This document shows positions 11,757 to 22,760 of a stretch of DNA of 64,000 nucleotides, one piece after another. The DNA comes from Eledone cirrhosa (lineage: Eukaryota): positions 212,288,001-212,352,000 of the forward strand of contig OZ024740.1 in the NCBI GenBank assembly GCA_964016885.1. The letters run 5' to 3'. The notes below the pieces were generated by a model, which saw only the letters and a list, made by a program, of their open reading frames with translations, had not been told where the DNA came from and made no database searches. Position 1 is the stretch's first letter, and each line of letters starts with the position of its first letter. A program made the translations under genes and the position numbers.

Positions 11757-13585
11757 TAGATTAAATTCTGGCCTTGGAATCATGCAAGATTTATTTTATA
11801 CTTGCTAGCAGGCGGGGGAGAAGGTACATGAGAATGAGCAAAATGTATACAAAGTTAGTGAGCGATATGAAGGAAGGTTCTAGAATAATTAATTAATAAT
11901 AATACTAGAAGGTTAGTTTTTAGGAAGGTTTGAACAGGTTGAGGCATATTATTAAAAACATGTAAAATATCAATTGAAAATCCGAGAGAAAAACAGAGAA
12001 TTTGAATTCTAGACTGGCATAAATAGAAGTTTAAAACACTGCTCATCGAGTGTACTACGGAGTAAAAGGAAAGACAAGTGTTTTGCTTACAAATGCAACC
12101 AAGCATTATTACAGATTCAATTAATTCAGGGTCTCTAGCTCAACGATACTTAGCGACAAAAACAAAACTGACTTGTGACATCGTATGGGTTTCAAATGGG
12201 AACATCCACATTCATTATATACTCACGCATATTGCTAGAAACAATTTACGACTCAAGTTTAATAGGTAGAAGGGAAAAATGTCGACCATACTTAAATATG
12301 GAATGATACGCGATGGGACCGCCCCACAGCCACGGCGGTCAGAATGGAGAAGGCCTTTCCCCGGAGGACGGCAAGGGAGACGTGCTGGAAAAGCCACTCC
12401 AACTCGCACGACTCACACCTGCGGCTGGCCAGTTCAGCGCCTATGGTGGTGAGTAGGGAGGTAGCCCTAGGGCCGAGGACACCAGAAGTCTCCACTGCCA
12501 GGGGTATAACAGCAAACCTGTCGGAGCGACCGGTATTTGAGGAGTTTAGCCTCCTCAGCCCGACGTACAGCAGAACCTAGGTTAGTCGCAGACTGCACCA
12601 GGTTGTGGCTGCAGAAAGTGTCGGTGCAAGTGGCATCCCAAACGAGGGGTTTTCCACCGCGAAACGGGAAGATGGTCATGCCATCTGGCCTTTTGCCATC
12701 CCCTCGGTCCAGCCCCACTGGCTCGAGCTGGGAAGGGAAGCCTGCAGTGTCCAAGCCATGCTTCATGACCTCGTTGAGGGCAGCATGGCGTGGAAGGCGG
12801 CCGGCACTGTGGCGACAGGAAAGCGGGTGGAGGCCGAAAGAGTCCACGGTGTATCTGCAGCGACATTGGTGTTGCTCACAGATCCGGAGGCCGAGCCTCA
12901 AGGAAACGCCGATGCGCAGGCTATTGTTGTCAAGCTGCGTGACAATGGAAAGGAGGGAAGGGCATGGAGCCAGGCACCACTGTGGGGTTTGGAGGCCGCA
13001 CGAAACCAGGCAAGGTGGTGCTGGTCGAGCTGGCACGTGAGCCTGTCTGAGACCAGGCTGCACTGGATGGCATCCCAAGTGCTTTGAGGGGACTTGACGT
13101 CAACAGGGGGAGAAGGAGGAGGGACGTCTACTGGGCTAAGTCACAGCCGGCCCCACGTCTCCTATTCTCAAATAGACAGATCGTTCGTAAAAAGAGGTTA
13201 GATAGATAAATTCTGGTCTTGGAATCATGCAAGATTTATTTTATACTTGCGAGCAGGCGGGGGAGAGGGTACATGAGAAGGAGCAAAATGTATATAAAGT
13301 TAGTGAACGAGATGAAGGAAGGTTCTAGAATAATTAATTAATAATAATACTAAGAGAAGGTTAGTTTTTAGGAAGAGTCTAACAGGATGAGACATATTTT
13401 TAAAAACATGTAAAATATTAATTGAAAATCCGAGAGAAAAACGGAGAATTTGAATTCTAGACTGGCATAAATAGAAGTTTAAAACACTGCTCATCGAGTG
13501 TACTACGGAGTAAAAGGAAAGACAAGTGTTTTGCTTACATTCTCAAATCGACAGATCGTCCGTAAAAATAGGTTAGATAGATAAA
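11757..13585. repeat. ~330 bp direct repeats (11757-12090 and 13205-13540) flanking a CRE fragment; right copy part of a ~375 bp partial tandem
   Basis: AAATTCTGG(C/T)CTTGGAATCATGCAAG...GACAAGTGTTTTGCTTAC occurs twice; TTCTCAAAT.GACAGATCGT occurs at about 13166 and 13541. Confidence 0.85.
12290..13085 (-). mobile_element. CRE-clade non-LTR retrotransposon 3' fragment (zinc knuckle and restriction-like endonuclease)
   Basis: CRC...HPLSC...RHAALN...EPVGLDRGDGKRPDG...WDATCTDT...AEEAKLLKY, then after a frameshift ETSGVLG...VSLAVLRG. Confidence 0.85.
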
Positions 13586-13599
13586 TAATATATATATAT

Positions 13600-14376
13600 A
13601 TAACATGTCTATAGAATCACAAGATAAAATATATACTATTCCTCTCCCAATTAGCATAATTAACCATATAAAAAATCGAATAGACCAGGCTATAAGAATG
13701 AGGCTTCTATGAAGAAATCTCCGACAAATAACCAAAACTAGCGCTTCGCGTCGGCTGTAGCGGAATATTTATCAAATATTTCAACAGCGTAATCGCCCAG
13801 ATATAGTCAACTAAACAGAATTAGGTGTAAAATAAACTAGGAGAAAATAGAATACATTTAAACACCTCTACCATGGTTTCGTCCGTATTTTGAGTTTTCC
13901 AATAATTATGTAATAATTATATAAACTCGAGCACCGGATTCATCAGGAAGCTCGCTCTTATCTAGACACTAAATTTTCCAAAGTGATCGCGCCAAGAAAT
14001 TCATTTCAAAATGGCTAAAAATCGTGACGTAGCCGCGATCAGGCTGGAAGGGGTGTGGTAGTTGCTTACGACTGGTGGCATTTTTGCTAGAAAGCACAGC
14101 ACAGTACAGCCAAATTTGTATCTCAACCTAATGGGAGATTATTACATATAAAAGTTTACATATATATATACATATACGTGTTTTGCAACTGGTCACTTTG
14201 TGGCTCAATGAAAAATTAATAAATTAAACAATCAGAGCTATATATCATAAAACATGTCTATAGAATCACAAGATAAAATATATACTATTTCCTCTCCCAA
14301 TTAACCATATAAAAAATCGAATAGACCAGGCTATAAGAATGAGGCTTCTATGGAGAAATCTCCGACAAATAACCGA

Positions 14377-14380
<4 letters not shown>
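13600..14380 (-). mobile_element. Non-coding hammerhead-bearing partial tandem (~650 bp period) between (TA)n tracts
   Basis: AACATGTCTATAGAATCACAAGATAAAATATATAC occurs at about 13602 and 14250; a third copy lies at 50530-50990. Confidence 0.75.
13864..13951 (-). ncRNA. Type I hammerhead ribozyme candidate with long stem II
   Basis: GCUUC-CUGAUGA-AUCCG...GAGUUU...AAACUC...CGGAC-GAAAC-CAUG-GUA^GAGGU; palindromic loop 3. Confidence 0.8.
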
Positions 14381-14409
<29 letters not shown>

Positions 14410-14410
<1 letters not shown>

Positions 14411-14606
14411 GAAAACAGCGATGAACTGGACTCCGCCTGGCGGTAAACGGAGGCGTGGTTGCCCAAGGATCACCTGGTGACGAACGTTATGGAAAGACCT
14501 GATGGCAGTCAACATCACCTGGCACGGTCTCGAAAAAGTTGCGCTGACTATTGGCGAGTAATTACTGCTCGATGCGCCGAACGGCGTGGAAGAATCTAAG
14601 ACTAAG
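14410..14606 (+). mobile_element. RTE-type LINE 3' end
   Basis: Manual translation KTAMNWTPPGGKRRRGCPRITW*RTL, ending in a CTAAGACTAAG tail. Confidence 0.7.
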
Positions 14607-14754
14607 ATGTATATATATCAAAATAAATTAACGGAGTCGTAAACTCGCGTTAGTCACTGTAATTTATGAGCTCAAAGGAAAAAGAATCCTGGGCTCTTCA
14701 AATATAATATATAGAAAAGATAACTCGTGTGTTATCTTTTCTATATATTATATA

Positions 14755-14890
14755 CTAGCCGAATTACCCGCGCCTTGCAGCGTTTCACACATTTTTTTTG
14801 TAAGAAAATGATTGATTTTCAGAGGTATAATTTATGGAGATAAACTGTGCATTTCAATATTACTCAATATAAAATGAAACATTGGAAAAC
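14755..14890 (-). mobile_element. Helitron 3' end fragment
   Basis: CTAG terminus with a GC-rich subterminal hairpin, resembling the ends at 22761, 61197 and 63147. Confidence 0.5.
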
Positions 14891-14892
14891 AT

Positions 14893-17417
14893 GGGTGAGT
14901 GTCGGTCAGGCTTGGCGTTGAACGCGTACACTAGTGGTTTGTGGACGGTGTATATAGAGAACACACGACCTTCTAGCATGTGTCGAAAATGCTTGAGAGC
15001 AAGGTATGCTGCCAAAAATTCACGACTGAATGTGCTGTACTTAGTTTCGGCGGGTTTTAATCGCTTAGAGAAAAAAGATACAGGTCACCAAATATCGCGA
15101 GAGAGTTGTTGAAGCACACCTCCAACTCCGAAATCGGATGCATCAGTCAATAAACACATTGGGGCGTCAGGTTTGGGGTAACTCAGCATTGTAGCCTCGG
15201 ACAACATTTTCTTCAACTCAGCGAAAGCGGTACATTCTTTTTCGCTTTTATTGATGTTTGCGTTTATGGTTGTACGCTGCCGCAGCAAATCTGTGAGTGG
15301 TTGGGCTGTCTCTGCACAATGGGGTATAAATCTTCTGTAGAAGTTTACCAGGCTAAGAAATTCTCGCAGTTTGCGGAGAGATGTTGGTTGTGGAAAATCA
15401 ATGATGGATTTGACTTTCTCCTTAAGTGGGCGAATACCATCTTTGTCAATGATGTGTCCCAGAAAATGAAGGGACGCAACTCCGAACTCACTGGGGTTGA
15501 TAACAATTCCGTATTCACGCAAACGTGTGAATAGGAGATCCAGGTGTTTCTCATTTACTTCATCGGAGCTGCTGGCCACCAGTAAGTCGTCAATGTATGC
15601 GTATACAAAAGGTAGACCTCTGGTGACTGTATCAATGAATCGCTGGAATGTCTGCGCTGCATTTCGCAAACCGAAAGTCATACGCAGAAATTCGAACATT
15701 CCAAAGGGTGTTGTGATGGCGGTCTTAGGAATATCTGCGGGCTCAACGGATATCTGATTGTAAGCTCGCACAAGATCGATCTTCGAAAATATGCGAGCCC
15801 CGTGTACCGAGCTAGAGAAGTCCTGTAGATGAGGTCAGGAACGGTGCAGTTGTTCAGTGCACGGTAGTCGCCACAGATTCGCCAGTCGTTCGACGACTTC
15901 TTGGGTACACAGTGTATGGGTGAGGACCAGTTGCTGCTGGACGGACGTATGATGCCGAGATCCAGCATGTGCTGAAATTCTTGTTTAACGGACTTCAGCC
16001 GGTCTGGTGGTAGCCTTCTAGGTCGTGCAGCGACAGGTGGGCCGTGTGTTTTTATGTGGTGTGTGACCTCATGTTTTACAGAGCAAGCGTTGAATAGTGG
16101 TCGAGCTACGTCTGGGTATTTGTTGATGATGTGGTTGTGCCGGGTTGTTGTTGTTGATCGTGAAATGACTGGACTGACTGTGGCTGTCCTAGCGGCTATG
16201 CCGCGCACAGCGAGACCAGTGGAGTTGTCAACGAGTCGTTGGTTTTTCAGGTCCACTAGCAGCGAGAAGTGCTGAAGAAAGTCAGCTCCTAAAATAGGGG
16301 TCGGCAGCTTAGCCACGACGAATACCCACTCGAAAGTGCGGTGGAGTCCCAAAATTAGTGTCAGGGACTGTTCTCCGTAGGTCGGAATATGTGAGTCATT
16401 CACCGTCTGGAGCCAGGCTGGTGTCTCTCTCCTTTTTCCAGGAACGCAGGAAACCGGAATGATGCTGACTTCAGCACCGGTGTCGACCAGGAAACGCGTG
16501 CCTGTGACGCGATCCTGTATGAAAAATAGGCGACTTTGGTTATGAGGACCAGAAACGTCCGTCGCATTCAGTTTCTGGCTGTGTCGTTTCCCTGATTCGA
16601 CAAATGAACAGGGATGACTGCACTTTTGCGCTTGTCTCCCGAATTTTTGGTGGTACCAACACATTTCTGGTGAATCTCGAGATGCGCTCGGACTTCTTGA
16701 GCGACCACCAAATCGGCGAGGTGGACTGTTGGACCGACGCGTGGCAGGGTTTCCCAGTGACAAGGCCTGAATTTGTTGCGTCAAGGCCTCTATCTGTGTT
16801 GCTTGCTGTGCCAGTAACTGGTGTAGATCGGGCATCTCTGTGGAACTGGAGGGCTGAAGGAAAGGATTGGTGGGAGGCACGGCTGGAGTTGCGTGCGGAT
16901 GTGGTACCTCCACGATCTTATCTGGCAGCTTGGCGAGTTCTTCTATGGTGGTGGACTCCCTGGTGGATGCTAGTACAACTTGTGTGGCAGAAGGCAAACG
17001 CTGGGGGAAGAGTTGCTTGAAAATTTCATCCGGGAGTTTATGTTCACCCAGAAGCTGCTTCATTCGCCGTAGGAATTGCGTCGGCTTTTTATCTCCTAAT
17101 TCCTCTGATATGAGGAGTTGGTGCAAGCGCTTCTGCTGCGACTCCGACGTCCGCTTAATTAATGTTGTTTTAAATGTGTCATATGACAGAGAGCCGGGTG
17201 GTGCTAAAATGAGGTCTCGAACCTCATTCATAATCGAACCGATGACATGTGTGAGACGGGATGCCTCGCTAACGATCCGGTTCGATGCGAACTGCGCTTC
17301 GATGTGCGCGAACCACAGTGTTGGATCGTGCACCCAGAATGGTGGAATTCTTAATGTAAATGCCGCCCGGACTGCCATTTCTGCCGTAGATGAATCGTCG
17401 TATGCTAGAGACATCAT
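14893..17417 (-). mobile_element. Ty3/Gypsy internal region: gag-PR-RT-RNase H, truncated before integrase
   Basis: Gag [19 protein letters not shown] and CWYHQKFG...C...C; protease FLVDTGA; RT YAYIDD; RNase H LTDASD. A small deletion near 15835 splits the ORF. Confidence 0.95.
15678..17417 (-). CDS. Gypsy gag-protease-RT(N-terminal) fused ORF
   Basis: 579-aa ORF with gag and pol in one frame; it shifts frame after NNCTVPD. Confidence 0.85.
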   Translation of the reverse strand: MMSLAYDDSSTAEMAVRAAFTLRIPPFWVHDPTLWFAHIEAQFASNRIVSEASRLTHVIGSIMNEVRDLILAPPGSLSYDTFKTTLIKRTSESQQKRLHQLLISEELGDKKPTQFLRRMKQLLGEHKLPDEIFKQLFPQRLPSATQVVLASTRESTTIEELAKLPDKIVEVPHPHATPAVPPTNPFLQPSSSTEMPDLHQLLAQQATQIEALTQQIQALSLGNPATRRSNSPPRRFGGRSRSPSASRDSPEMCWYHQKFGRQAQKCSHPCSFVESGKRHSQKLNATDVSGPHNQSRLFFIQDRVTGTRFLVDTGAEVSIIPVSCVPGKRRETPAWLQTVNDSHIPTYGEQSLTLILGLHRTFEWVFVVAKLPTPILGADFLQHFSLLVDLKNQRLVDNSTGLAVRGIAARTATVSPVISRSTTTTRHNHIINKYPDVARPLFNACSVKHEVTHHIKTHGPPVAARPRRLPPDRLKSVKQEFQHMLDLGIIRPSSSNWSSPIHCVPKKSSNDWRICGDYRALNNCTVPDLIYRTSLARYTGLAYFRRSILCELTIRYPLSPQIFLRPPSQHPLECSNFCV

Positions 17418-17429
17418 TTGTAGTGGATA

Positions 17430-17465
17430 ATCAGAAGGTTGTGTGTCTGTTTTACGGGGTCACCA
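17430..17465 (-). promoter_or_regulatory. tRNA-Trp primer-binding site with a second tRNA-complementary box
   Basis: TGGTGACCCCG lies 2 nt from the LTR end; the plus strand 17430-17446 reads ATCAGAAGGTTGTGTGT. Confidence 0.8.
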
Positions 17466-17467
17466 GT

Positions 17468-18213
17468 TGTAATGGAATAATTGTGTGGTTGTAACGATAA
17501 GTGGATGGATGTAACTGTTGGTATGGTGGTTTCGATGTAAAGAAAAATACCAGGATTGTGTTGTTACAAAGTTTATTTTATTATAACAATATTCAAGTTG
17601 AATATTGGATGATAAAATCAATAACACAAAATATTCGTACAATAATTTGGTGGCTCTTCGAGCCACGTAAATACAAGTATCACAGAATATAAGATTATAA
17701 TATAATTTGTATAGCATCCAAAAGATACAACGTGAATAAACAGAAAGGGTGAGTGTGAAGATGCAAACAGTGTGAACTTACTATGAATGCGTGTGTGCGT
17801 ATCAGTATAGTTGCTTGTTTTAGTAGTAGGAGTCAGCGATGAGCCAGGCAGGTGAGAATAAGTGGTAGACTGGTTTTTCGTGACGAGAGCTTGTAAATGC
17901 GACTTGTCTTGTCTGTATATCACTTCTTTTCTCCCGGGGCGTAAACAACCCCCGTATTTATAAGGGTTGAAATTAGAAGGATAGATATATCCTCTGAACT
18001 TCGGTTAGATCTCCCAAGGGATTAGTTTGCCAAGCGTAAACAAGTCAGAAAGATGGATATATCCTCTGACCTATTTTCTGTCAGGCGTAAACACCTCTGA
18101 CCTGTGTTTAGCCTCTCCCAAGGGGTTAGTCTCCTGAGCGTAAACAACTTACCACGGCTTGTCCCAGAAGCGGGAAAATTCAGATTCGGTTTCGAATCTT
18201 CGCCGTCGTTATA
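17468..18213 (-). mobile_element. Gypsy 5' LTR
   Basis: Termini TATAACGA...CCATTACA; homologous to 46213-46930 and 57521-57841; abuts the PBS. Confidence 0.9.
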
Positions 18214-18231
18214 TATATATTAGCTATAAAC

Positions 18232-18801
18232 AGAAGTTGTCAACGAGTCGTTGGTTTTTCAGGTCCACTAGCAGCGAGAAGTGCTGAAGAAAGTCAGCTC
18301 CTAAAATAGGGGTCGGCAGCTTAGCCACAACGAATACCCACTGGAAAGTGCGGTGGAGTCCCAAATTTAGTGTCAGGGACTGTTATCCGTAGGTCGGAAT
18401 ATGTGAGTCATTCACCGCCTGGAGCCAGGCTGGTGTCTCTCTCCTTTTTCCAGGAACGCAGGAAACCGGGATGATGCGGACTTCAGCACCGGTGTTGACC
18501 AGGAAACGCGTGCCTGTGACGCGATCCTGTATGAAAAATAGGCGACTTTGGTTATGAGGGCCAGAAATGTCTGTCGCATTCAGTTTCTGGCTGTGTCGTT
18601 TCCCTGATTCGACAAATGAACAGGGATGACTGCACTTTTGCGCTTGTCTCCCGAATTTTTGGTGGTACCAACACATTTCTGGTGAATCTCGAGATGCGCT
18701 CGGACTTCTTGAGCGACCACCAAATCGGCGAGGTGGACTGTTGGACCGACGCGTGGCAGGGTTTCCCAGTGACAAGGTCTGAATTTGTTGCGTCAAGGCC
18801 A
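18232..18801 (-). mobile_element. Duplicated Gypsy gag/protease fragment
   Basis: Near-identical to 16222-16790 (ORF 18383-18802). Confidence 0.9.
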
Positions 18802-18945
18802 TACAGCAGGTACTATTCGAGTTGTTTACTCTTTTACTCTTTACTCTTTTACCTGTTCCAGCAATCCGGCTGAGGCTTATAAATATATTTATGGTGGAAT
18901 TATCTGTTGAAACAGCAAGAGTTCAGCCGTTGGGGCCCTGACTCT

Positions 18946-18992
<47 letters not shown>

Positions 18993-19148
18993 GCATATAG
19001 AAAGATAGAAATGAAATTCTAGGCTAAATTAAGTTATTATAGAATGTTGATTCCATCGCTCTATTTACTTATATATGCGGTGACTAAGTCTATTTTTCCA
19101 TACCATTTCCTTAAAAGTATCTCTTATTCTTCCAACCATTATTACATT

Positions 19149-19518
19149 GGCAGTATCGGTAGAGAGTCGGACGCCATGCTTTGACGCATAGAGTTACGGT
19201 CCTTGCCATTCTGAGTTCAAATCCCGCCGAGGTTAACTTTGCCTTTCATCCTTACGGGGTCGATAAAATAAAGTACCAGTAATGCACTGGTTAAATTGCT
19301 GGCCTTGTGCCAAAAAGTAGAAACAATTATTACATAAACACACAATCGGTAGAGAGTCGGGCGCCATGCTTTCCAGCATAGTTATGTCCCTTTACGGTCT
19401 GAGTTCAAATCCCGCTGAGGTTAACTTTGCCTTTCATCCTTACGGGGTCGATAAAATAAGGTACCAGTAATGTACTGGATAATTGCTGGCCTTGTGCCAA
19501 AAAGTAGAAACAATTATT
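19149..19518 (+). mobile_element. Two tandem tRNA-derived SINEs with Nin/Deu-type core
   Basis: A-box-like GGCAGTATCGGTAG, B-box GAGTTCAAATCC, core TTTGCCTTTCATCCTTACGGGGTCGATAAAATAA.GTACCAG and an ATT tail; copies at 19149-19333 and 19345-19518. Confidence 0.85.
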
Positions 19519-19541
19519 ACATAAATACACTATCATATATC

Positions 19542-20217
19542 ATGTTCTTTCTATTTAGTTGCTAACCTGTAGGTGTTGTTTTCCATACAGTAACGGTAAA
19601 ACTCATGTGAGTTTTACCGTTACTGTATGGAAATCAACACCTACAGGTTAGCAATTAAATAGAAAGAACACTAAGTCAGAATCAAATCTCCGAAGTAGAG
19701 TTTTAAATTACCAACCTTATAACTATAAGCATGCTGATACGAATCTATTTCGTTTCGCCACTGAAATGTGTAGTGTTTAAAGTCCACAGAGTCCACAGTC
19801 AGCAAGTGTGGAATTGTTTGCTACACATCTCGCTACACATCTCGCTGAATATACACGCTGCCCAGAGCAGGGCGAAAACACGTGTTATTTGCATCAAATA
19901 ACGGCTCTCATGAATTGGGGGAAAATGCTAGAGAGGAGAGCCCAACAATTCGAATTTATTAGCTCAACAATTTGGAGCTCGTTAATTATACAAGCATCGG
20001 AAATAGAGTATTCCGCAGTTCACAGTAATAATAATATTAGCTCAAAGAAGAACAGAGAAATTTCAACTGAGCTCGAATACAAATATATTACACAGAGAGA
20101 AGTGTGTTACACAGTGAGATGTGTGTAAAGAATTATTACATGTGAGTTTTACCGTTACTGTATGGAAAACAACACCTACAGGTTAGCAATTAAATAGAAA
20201 GAACACTAAGTCAGAAT

Positions 20218-20221
<4 letters not shown>
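19542..20221. repeat. Palindrome (19542-19670) whose right arm recurs ~535 bp downstream
   Basis: Centre ACTCATGTGAGT; TGTGAGTTTTACCGTTACTG...AGTCAGAATCAAAT occurs at about 19606 and 20141. Confidence 0.85.
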
Positions 20222-20292
<71 letters not shown>

Positions 20293-20296
<4 letters not shown>

Positions 20297-20790
20297 CGGC
20301 GTTGAATTAGTTTTGCGAGGTTTTTTATATGAAATCGTGTGTCGAAACAAATATTGTTATACATACAAATATTGTTATATATACACATATATTGTTATAC
20401 ATACAAATACATACAAATATTGTTATACATACACATATAAATAAATACATACACAAGCACAATAACAACAAACACATAAACACACACTAGTCACCCAATC
20501 ACGAACACACATCAAACAAAACACTATACACACACGCAAACGCATGCGAAAAGAAGACAAAATAAAATAAACAAACAAGCAAATAAATAAATAAATATAT
20601 AGACAGACTAAATAAAAATGGCGTAGACATACAATGCAACGGGAGGAAACAATAGCACCACTGACGATGTTGCAGATGTGCAACGAAAGATTTATGATAA
20701 ACTATATATACGTGTTTGTGTCTATATTGTATCTGTATTATTTTTGACCGTTGGTCAGTCAATGGCAACATTGAGGACCGAGTAACTTAG
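20293..20790 (+). mobile_element. (TA)n-associated non-coding hammerhead element, distant relative of 49950-50475 and 52595-53085
   Basis: AC-rich tract, ATGGCGTAG, then a hammerhead. 20293-20350 is an inverted copy of the family's 3' end (compare ORFs 20206- and 50371+). Confidence 0.65.
20657..20698 (+). ncRNA. Minimal hammerhead ribozyme candidate
   Basis: ACCA-CUGACGA-U-GUUGCA(GAUG)UGCAAC-GAAA-GAUU-UA^UGAU; one mismatch in stem I. Confidence 0.65.
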
Positions 20791-20895
20791 ATTACCGATA
20801 TAAAAGACACAGAAGCGAAAAGCGAAAACCAACCAAACAGTGAGTGTGTTCTGTTATTAATTCTGGCAATATTACACAAATATGACACTCCCCAA

Positions 20896-21020
<125 letters not shown>

Positions 21021-21381
21021 TGTATCCTGGGTTCAATCAGAGGTAACCACAGTAAGGTACTCAATACATATTATATCACAAAAAGTGATCTTCTCTGTGT
21101 CCAATATGCCCATATCACCAATGGGAGGCTGAACGGTGGGTGAGGACAATCATAGTTTAAAAATTTTAGTTTGTATTACTATTAGTATTGCCAATACAAT
21201 TTAGTACGTATTAGTATTACTAATATAGTAATACGATACAATATATATCAGCAAAATGATGTCAAACTTTTATAAGAGTTTCTGAAAAAAACAATGAAAT
21301 AATTTTTAATAAATTTATGAAGAAATGAACTAAAATTAATTTTTTCTCAAAATGTCATTGTAAAACCAGGAGACTAACAAA

Positions 21382-21432
<51 letters not shown>

Positions 21433-21483
21433 GTGTATACAATGATATTAAATAAATGGAAACTATATTTATAAAACCATATT

Positions 21484-21545
21484 TATTCTATTATATATAT
21501 TTCAAGGGTACCAAAAACTTTGGTACGCTTTCATCAGATAAAATA
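21484..21545 (-). ncRNA. Type I hammerhead ribozyme candidate (mirror of 21909-21970)
   Basis: Reverse complement of the plus-strand copy. Confidence 0.8.
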
Positions 21546-21908
21546 CAAAGTGTGTTTTATAAATTTTGACATAGCCAAGGAACATGCCTTATCAGTTGAA
21601 TTTTGCCTGGATAGTGAATTTAAAGAACGGATTTTTCAAAATTGTTAGGCTGAGTATGCAAGTGAATATGTAAATGATGTTGAGGTATATGATTGAAAAA
21701 CCGTTATTTTAAACGCTATGGAAAATTTAGATATATGTTTATATTAGTAGGAGAGAAAGAAAGAAAAGGAAAAAGAAAAAGAAAAAGAAGACCACTTATA
21801 TACGTTAACTTTTGGGAAAAAAATGTGAATATTTACGTATATTATGTATATACTTATATGGAGAATTATGTTTGTAAGTATTTATCAAAATTTATAAAAC
21901 ACACTTTG

Positions 21909-21970
21909 TATTTTATCTGATGAAAGCGTACCAAAGTTTTTGGTACCCTTGAAATATATATAATAGAATA
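21909..21970 (+). ncRNA. Type I hammerhead ribozyme candidate
   Basis: UAUUUUAU-CUGAUGA-AAGcGUACCAAA(GUU)UUUGGUACcCUU-GAAAU-AUAU-AUA^AUAGAAUA; 8-bp stem I and 11-bp stem II. Confidence 0.8.
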
Positions 21971-22194
21971 AATATGGTTTTATAAATATAGTTTCCATTT
22001 ATTTAATATCATTGAATATTTACTCCAGAAAACTGTCGAGTGCTCTGAATCAGTTATAAACATTTATTTTTGTTGAATTTCCAACAAATTAAATATCCCT
22101 TCTGCTTATAATGTGTGTGTATATATATATATATAGATATATATGGTATTAGGATTGGAGCTCTTAAATAGCGATGTATACGTGAACGTATGTA

Positions 22195-22752
22195 TAGTAT
22201 ATTTGGCAATATACCGTATGTTTAATTAAACACATTTTGAAGACCTTACGCTATCATTTTTAAAGTAGTGACTTTGTCACTTACTTCTTTTCGACGAAAA
22301 AAGGGAGAGAAGCTAACAAACAGTCTGTTTCACGCTGTTGGCGATCATCAGAGTTACGTACTCCCCGCCTTCGCCGAAAATTATAGAAGCTGGATTATTA
22401 TAGAATTCCAGTAATAACCAGGAGCTGATTATACAGAGCGATTGCTGATCCAGCAAAAATTAGGTATTAGGATTGGTGCCCTGAAATAGCGCTGGACCGG
22501 CAATCGCTCTGTATAATCAGCTCCTGATTATTACTAGAATTCTATAAGAATTCAGCTTCTATAATTTTCGGGGAAGGCAGGGAGCACGTAGCTCTGATGA
22601 TCGCCAGCAGCGTGAAACAGACTGTTTGTTAGCTTCTCTCCCTTCTTTCGACGAAAAGAAGTAAGTGACAAAGTCACTACTTTGAAAATGATAGCGTAAG
22701 GTCTTCAAAATGTTTTTAATTAAACATACGGTATATTGCCAAATATACTATA
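22195..22752. repeat. Diverged fold-back, ~260 bp arms, with a hammerhead-like motif in each arm
   Basis: 22195-22455 versus 22490-22752; motifs at 22311-22355(-) and 22590-22634(+). Confidence 0.9.
22590..22634 (+). ncRNA. Hammerhead ribozyme candidate (identical inverted copy at 26042-26086)
   Basis: AGCU-CUGAUGA-U-CGC(CAGCA)GCG-U-GAAACAGA(CUG)UUUGUU^AGCU; U-U at the base of stem II. Confidence 0.55.
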
Positions 22753-22760
22753 TATATATA

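Larger units (their letters stand above)
21441..22013. repeat. Inverted repeat, ~130 bp arms (21441-21570 / 21882-22013), each arm carrying a hammerhead
   Basis: The arms are essentially exact reverse complements. Confidence 0.9.

Noticed and set aside
17430-17465. Possible tRNA-Trp gene
   Set aside because: Only 3'-half similarity with encoded CCA, no D-arm or T-loop, and positioned as a PBS.
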